Assembly: GCA_963822585.1 (NCBI GenBank)
Contig: CAWGIE010000026.1
Location: 160,001-224,000, forward strand
Length of the DNA stretch: 64,000 nt
Source of the DNA: an uncultured bacterium
GTDB lineage: Bacteria; Auribacterota; Erginobacteria; Erginobacterales; Erginobacteraceae
Direction of reading: 5' to 3'
Shown here: in pieces, positions 58,961-64,000 of the stretch
Numbering within the stretch: position 1 is the stretch's first letter
Layout: each line of letters starts with the position of its first letter
Translations under genes and position numbers: made by a program
Notes under the pieces: generated by a model
Database searches by the model: none
Seen by the model: only the letters and a program-made list of their open reading frames with translations
Told to the model about the DNA's origin: nothing

Positions 58961-59998
58961 ATGAGAGATGAATGGCAGGTCGAAATTGAAAAGCTGCTTC
59001 AGCCGCTCGACACGCTGGGGCCGGTAGTCTGGGATACAACCTATCTGCTCAAGAAGACGGGAGCGTTTACCTACACCGAGGGATATTTCAATCCCCCGGG
59101 TCATTTTTACGGAAAAATCATCAATTATCCCGATCCCCAGGGGGAGATCGATATCCACGGGCGCCCGTATACCAGTATTACCAAAGCGTATGTCAACGGC
59201 GAGCATGTCATGATCCCCCACGACAAACAGATCGAGCACCATTACGAGATCGATAAAACCCTTCCTCCACCCACCCAGGAGCCGATCATAACCAAGTTTC
59301 ACGTGCTCTTCGATCTGAAGGATTTTGACGGCTGGTTCAATGATAAGCACTCCCGGGCCCGGGTCAGCGTCATGTATCCGCAGATTGGGAGGGATATCGA
59401 GGAAGTAAGCAAGCTCCTCGATGTCCCGATGGAGCGTCTGGGCGTGACCGGATCACTCTCCTACGGCCGGATGGAAGATGACGAGGATATCGACCTGGTC
59501 TTCTTCGGCTCTCCCGAGCAAAACCGGGAGGTCGCCCGGAGGATCTGCGCCATGACCTACAACGATCCGGCCCGGGAATGCATCGAGTTCAAGAAGTTCT
59601 GGCCGATCCGTTTTGTCCATAACGAGATCATTATCTGCACCTTCTTCGCCTATGAAAAGAGGGAGCAGATCCCGCTTACCTATTGCGACGTCAAACTCCT
59701 CAAGGAACGGGTTGAGGCGTCCGGGACAATACGGGACAATACTCATTCCATCTACATGCCCCTCATCCTCGGCCTCAAGGACGTTATTATTGACGGGAAG
59801 GAGGCCGATGACATCCCGTTCATTATTTATGACGGTTCGATCAGAGGGGAATTCTCCAACGGAGAACGTTTGCGGATAACGGCCCGCCTGGTCCGGTTGA
59901 AGATTTACGGGAATGAAACCGTGGCCCTGGTATCCGTCGACGCGGGCGAGATCGTGAAGGAAGGTTCCGGCGGCAAAAAGATCCCATCCTTTGAATAG
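58961..59998 (+). CDS. Putative Pol-beta-superfamily nucleotidyltransferase
   Basis: LGVTGSLSYG...DIDLVFFG motif; GGAGG RBS. Confidence 0.6.
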   Translation: MRDEWQVEIEKLLQPLDTLGPVVWDTTYLLKKTGAFTYTEGYFNPPGHFYGKIINYPDPQGEIDIHGRPYTSITKAYVNGEHVMIPHDKQIEHHYEIDKTLPPPTQEPIITKFHVLFDLKDFDGWFNDKHSRARVSVMYPQIGRDIEEVSKLLDVPMERLGVTGSLSYGRMEDDEDIDLVFFGSPEQNREVARRICAMTYNDPARECIEFKKFWPIRFVHNEIIICTFFAYEKREQIPLTYCDVKLLKERVEASGTIRDNTHSIYMPLILGLKDVIIDGKEADDIPFIIYDGSIRGEFSNGERLRITARLVRLKIYGNETVALVSVDAGEIVKEGSGGKKIPSFE

Positions 59999-60082
59999 AC
60001 GCGACGTCGGGTGAGCCCCATCCCCATGAGAAAGAAACGCCGCATCGGTTATTTCACCCCCGCGATGAAAGCTCAGGGGAGC

Positions 60083-61159
60083 ATGAACAGATGCCTGCTG
60101 GCGCTGTTCTTCTCCTGCGCCTTCCTGGCCGGATGCGCTTCGAGCAAATCGTATGAAGCGGCCAAACAGATGCAGTCCGTTAACCCCCATGCCGCCCTTG
60201 AGTACGTCGCCCTCTGCCTGCAGGATGACCCTGATGACGAAGAAGCCCGCGAACTTTTGGAAAGCATTATCCAGGCAATCGTCTATGAGCATGAAGCCCG
60301 GGTAGCATCCATGATCCAGGCCGGCGCCTATGAGGACGCCCTGGCGGAATGCGACCGTGTCATCGCCTCTTCGTATCTCGTACGCACTCTGCCCGGGGGA
60401 CCCTATAACCTGTATTACCAGGAGAATCAGAGGGTAAAACTGACCGCCCTGGCCGCGGAAAAAGCTTACCGGGAGGGAAGCCGGTTCGAAACGGACGGCG
60501 ATTTCCGCGGCGCGGTGGATGCCTATGACCGGGCCCTCGGTTTTGTGGAAAATTACCGGGACGCCGCCGTCCGCCGGGACCGCCTTCTGGAATCGGTGAC
60601 GACCGGTCTTTTTATTGTCTGTAGCGATCCGGGATCTGACCGGGAGGCAGCCAGAATACTGGTCGCGGGCATCGCCGCCACAGTCATGTCGGAGCGGCCG
60701 CGTTTCCTGAAGCTTGCCGGGGAAAGGGATACCGCCACCTCCATCTGCAACGTGGTGATCGAGAACGCGGACTTCAGCGACAGCGGATGGGTCTCGAGGA
60801 ACGACAGCTGCCAGGTCACTATCCCCCGGTATAACAAGAAGGGCAAAGAAATCGGCACCATGGAGCGGATGGCCTACTGGACGGTTTACCGCCGCCAGAT
60901 TTCCTACCGCCTCTCGGCGGCTTTCTCGGTGGCGGCGAAGAATGGCGGCGAGCCGGAGCCGTCGGCCCGGGCTACCCAAACCGAGTCCAGTGAGATCGCC
61001 TACGCGAGATGGTGGGGAGAAAAATCGGGTGTGCCTTCCGATGTCCTGGATCTGCCGAGCAGCCCGGGCATCCCCCCGACCCGGGAAAGCCTCCTCGGCG
61101 AATGCGCGGGAAAGGTTTCCCGGGAACTCGGGCATAAACTTTTTCTCGCTTACAAATAA
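60083..61159 (+). CDS. Lipoprotein with TPR-like helices
   Basis: Lipobox FLAGC; AYREG...GDFRGAVDAYDRAL..NYRDA. Confidence 0.7.
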   Translation: MNRCLLALFFSCAFLAGCASSKSYEAAKQMQSVNPHAALEYVALCLQDDPDDEEARELLESIIQAIVYEHEARVASMIQAGAYEDALAECDRVIASSYLVRTLPGGPYNLYYQENQRVKLTALAAEKAYREGSRFETDGDFRGAVDAYDRALGFVENYRDAAVRRDRLLESVTTGLFIVCSDPGSDREAARILVAGIAATVMSERPRFLKLAGERDTATSICNVVIENADFSDSGWVSRNDSCQVTIPRYNKKGKEIGTMERMAYWTVYRRQISYRLSAAFSVAAKNGGEPEPSARATQTESSEIAYARWWGEKSGVPSDVLDLPSSPGIPPTRESLLGECAGKVSRELGHKLFLAYK

Positions 61160-61163
61160 AACA

Positions 61164-61445
61164 ATGAGAACCGCCTGTTCAATCTTAGTCATTGCCGTCT
61201 TTATTTTTTCCGCCTGTGCCACGCCCAAAATCGGCGCCCCGATTGAGACCTCCAGTGTCCAGCAGATCCGTCCCGGATTCACCACCAGGGACGAGATCCT
61301 GAATCTCTTCGGCTCCCCCCTGCGCAACGTCCCCGGGGAAACGGGGGAGATCTGGGTGTACCGATACCTTGACGGGGAGGGCGGTTCCCAGGAACTGGTG
61401 GTTTCCTTCACAGGAGATAAAGTGAGCTCGTTCAGTTACCGGTGA
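61164..61445 (+). CDS. SmpA/OmlA (BamE-like) small lipoprotein
   Basis: Lipobox FSAC; IRPGFTTRDEILNLFGSP...WVY. Confidence 0.75.
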   Translation: MRTACSILVIAVFIFSACATPKIGAPIETSSVQQIRPGFTTRDEILNLFGSPLRNVPGETGEIWVYRYLDGEGGSQELVVSFTGDKVSSFSYR

Positions 61446-61500
61446 TGAGAAGATCTCTTCCCCGCTACCCGATGATTTGCCCGGGAGGTATCGCTGCAAG

Positions 61501-62570
61501 ATGACCAGTGACGGCATACCAGCTCGATATCTCTCACCCCCGTTGACCGCCGCGGCCGTTATCATCATCATAGCCGGGATGATGCAGGCGTCCTCCATCG
61601 TCACCCCCATCCTGTTGGCTCTCTTTATCAGCGTCATCTGCGCCCAGCCGGTGACCTGGCTGGCACGGAAAAAGAATCCCCCACGGCCTCGCGGTCGCCA
61701 TCGTCCTGGTGGGGATCATTATTATTTTCTTCGGTTTGGGACGGGTGATCGGAGGCTCTGTGGCGTCGTTTTCACAGGATGCCCCGAAATACGCGGCCAA
61801 CCTGAACAGGATGGCAGAGACGGTCTTTCAGTATCTCAATCAGAAGGGGATAACCATCACGGACGAACAGCTGACGGGACTGCTCGATCCGGGCAAGATC
61901 ATGATCTTCACCGCCTCCGTCCTCGGAGAACTGGGCGCCTTGATGTCGAACATGGCACTGATATTCTTCATCATCATCTTCATCCTCCTCGAATTGGGAA
62001 GCTTCTCCGTCAAGGCCCGCGCCATCTCCCGGAAACCGGCCGAGACGATTGGAATATCTGGGCAGTATCGCCCAGAGCATTCGTCACTACATGGGCATCA
62101 AGACCCTGATCGGCCTGATGACGGGGGTATTGATCTGGACCTGGCTGACGCTTGTCGGGGTCGATTACGCGGTATTATGGGCACTGATCGCCTTTCTCTT
62201 CAATTACATCCCCAACATCGGCTCGATCATCGCCGGCGTTCCGGCGGTCCTCTTCTCTCTCGTTCAGCTGGGTCTGGGAAGCGCTCTCTGGACCACCGGG
62301 GGCTATGTAGCGATCAACATGCTGATCGGGAACGTGGTGGAGCCGAAGATCATGGGGAAGGGGATGGGGCTTTCCACCCTGGTTGTTTTCCTTTCCCTGA
62401 TTGTCTGGGGGTTCGTGCTGGGGACCGTGGGAATGTTTCTCTCCGTCCCCCTGACCATGACCCTGAAGATCATCCTCCAGCAAAACCCCCGGACCCGGTG
62501 GATCGCGATTTTACTGGGCACCCAGGAAGACGCCCAGCTGATCGCGGACGAGAACAAAAAACCCCGATAA
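61501..62570 (+). pseudogene. AI-2E family (TqsA-like) transporter with two apparent +1 frameshifts
   Basis: Three consecutive frames join at ~61671 (A5 run) and ~62048; FNYIPNIGS, GNVVEPKIMG, GMFLSVPL. Confidence 0.75.
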
Positions 62571-62601
62571 CCCCGCTTCGGCATTCATGGTCAGAATTGC
62601 C

Positions 62602-62730
62602 GGATCGCTTTTTGCTGTTCGGCAAGCCTTGCCGCAGGCAAGGCGATACTACATTTACTACATCTGCCGCAAGTCCTGAACGAAGTGAAGGACGATCCTA
62701 CATAAATTGGCGAGCAGAGCGAGCTAATTT
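62602..62730. repeat. Dispersed MITE-like repeat, copy 3
   Basis: Closely matches 24980-25110. Confidence 0.8.
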
Positions 62731-62742
62731 AGTCCCCGGGGG

Positions 62743-63657
62743 TCACTTCCCGCTTTCTTCTTTGACAGTGTGGCCGCCGAACTGCCCCCGGAGGGCCGCC
62801 AGGAGCCTGTCGGCGAAGGAATCGGGGTTCCGGGACCGGAAACGCTCCTGGAGCGCCAGGGTAATCACCGGGAGGGGAACTCCAAGTTCGATTGCCTCCT
62901 GAACAGTCCAGCGTCCCTCGCCGGAATCGGGGACAAACGCGGCGATCCCGGCCAGATCGGGATTCTCGGCCAATGCCCTCGCCGTCAGATCCAGCAGCCA
63001 GGATCTGATCACGGCGCCGCTCCGCCAGATTTCGGCGATCGTGCCCAGATCAAGCGCGAACTCCTCCTTGCGCCGCAGCAGTTCGAACCCTTCGGCGTAA
63101 GCCTCCATCAGGCCGTACTCGATGCCGTTATGAACCATCTTGACGAAATGGCCGGAGCCGGATGGCCCGACCCTCCCCCAGCCCCGATCGGGTGAGGGCG
63201 CCAGTGTCGAAAATAACGGGCGGAGCGTTTCCACGGCATCCGTGTCCCCGCCGACCGTCATGCTGTAGCCCTCGGCCACCCCCCAGATACCGCCGCTGGT
63301 CCCCACATCCACCAACTGCAATCCCTTCTTTTTCAGGGCGGCGGCGCGGCGGCGGGTGTCTTTATAGTTGGAATTCCCGCCGTCGATGACGATATCTCCG
63401 GGAGAAAGGAGCTGGCTCAATGCGGTAATGGTATCTTCCGTGGGCGTACCCGCCGGGACCATCACCCAGACGGCCCGGGGAGGTTTCAGTTTCTCCACCA
63501 CCCGGGCCAGTGTCCGGGCGTCTTCCGCCCCGGCGTTCCGGGCGATTTTGACCGTCTCCTCATTCAGATCGAAGATAATAACCCGGTGACCGCCTTTCAG
63601 CAGGCGGATGGCCATATTGGCGCCCATCTTGCCTTGTCCGATCATCGCGATATCCAT
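62743..63657 (-). CDS. gnd: Short-chain decarboxylating 6-phosphogluconate dehydrogenase
   Basis: IDGGNS, DVGTSGG, GHFVKMVHNGIEYG, DSGEGRW, QFGGH. Confidence 0.94.
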   Translation of the reverse strand: MDIAMIGQGKMGANMAIRLLKGGHRVIIFDLNEETVKIARNAGAEDARTLARVVEKLKPPRAVWVMVPAGTPTEDTITALSQLLSPGDIVIDGGNSNYKDTRRRAAALKKKGLQLVDVGTSGGIWGVAEGYSMTVGGDTDAVETLRPLFSTLAPSPDRGWGRVGPSGSGHFVKMVHNGIEYGLMEAYAEGFELLRRKEEFALDLGTIAEIWRSGAVIRSWLLDLTARALAENPDLAGIAAFVPDSGEGRWTVQEAIELGVPLPVITLALQERFRSRNPDSFADRLLAALRGQFGGHTVKEESGK

Positions 63658-63919
63658 CCGTATTCTCCTGGTTTAATCCGGAATATTCATGAAAATTGAA
63701 AATTTTCATGAATTCTCCGGGTTATCAGCTATCGTTCAACACAGTACATATAGTAACCACAGTTATTCCGCAGCAGCAGACTGTTTTTTTATCCAACAGG
63801 CTATCTTCAGTGTCGTGCCTCAGTATAAATAAGATTGGCGTTTCAGGTAAATGAGAATAGATTAACGGCTTTCTACCGGAAAAACGCTTTTAAAACAGGT
63901 CCGGCGCTCTTTCGGATAC

Positions 63920-63976
63920 AAAGCCCGGGGACGCCAACGGCGTCCCACATCATAGCCCAGGGTGCAACCCTGGGAA
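63920..63976. repeat. REP-like palindromes at the window edge
   Basis: gggacgccaacggcgtccc and cccagggtgcaaccctggg. Confidence 0.5.
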
Positions 63977-64000
63977 TCGGAAACCAATCACCTACACCCC

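Overview
64-kb bacterial chromosomal window: GC-rich coding DNA with AT-rich, repeat-laden intergenic regions. Lipoproteins, MCE and BamE-like genes point to a diderm, and a 2-oxoacid:ferredoxin oxidoreductase points to an anaerobe. The taxon cannot be fixed from the sequence. The left ~28 kb is accessory-type: amidase, adenosine deaminase, Mre11/Rad50-like YhaO-YhaN pair, tRNA-Pro followed by an array of tRNA 3'-end copies, an MlaE/F/D-TPR operon with a degenerate ATPase, an SH3-M48-CHASE2 cyclase-MBL-MscS/cNMP cassette, and a lexA-imuB-dnaE2 cassette split by a PQQ-repeat lipoprotein gene. The right part is mostly housekeeping: tRNA-Val, thrS-infC-rpmI-rplT-pheS-pheT, rarA-ygfA-rny-ymdB-xseAB-dxs-tlyA-nadK, vor, gltX-pgsA-der, add, queD, csp, an AI-2E transporter and gnd. 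Most notable: (1) a self-contained cyclic-nucleotide make/break/respond cassette, (2) a 30-bp double-hairpin mini-element with filled and empty sites, inserted in every unit of the tRNA-Pro 3'-end array, (3) an MCE transporter with a pseudo-ATPase, (4) two unannotated structured RNA candidates and a missed small ORF, and (5) a modular family of microsatellite-armed palindromes in many intergenic regions. Four single-base frameshifts may be assembly errors. All protein calls come from motif recognition, and no database searches were run.
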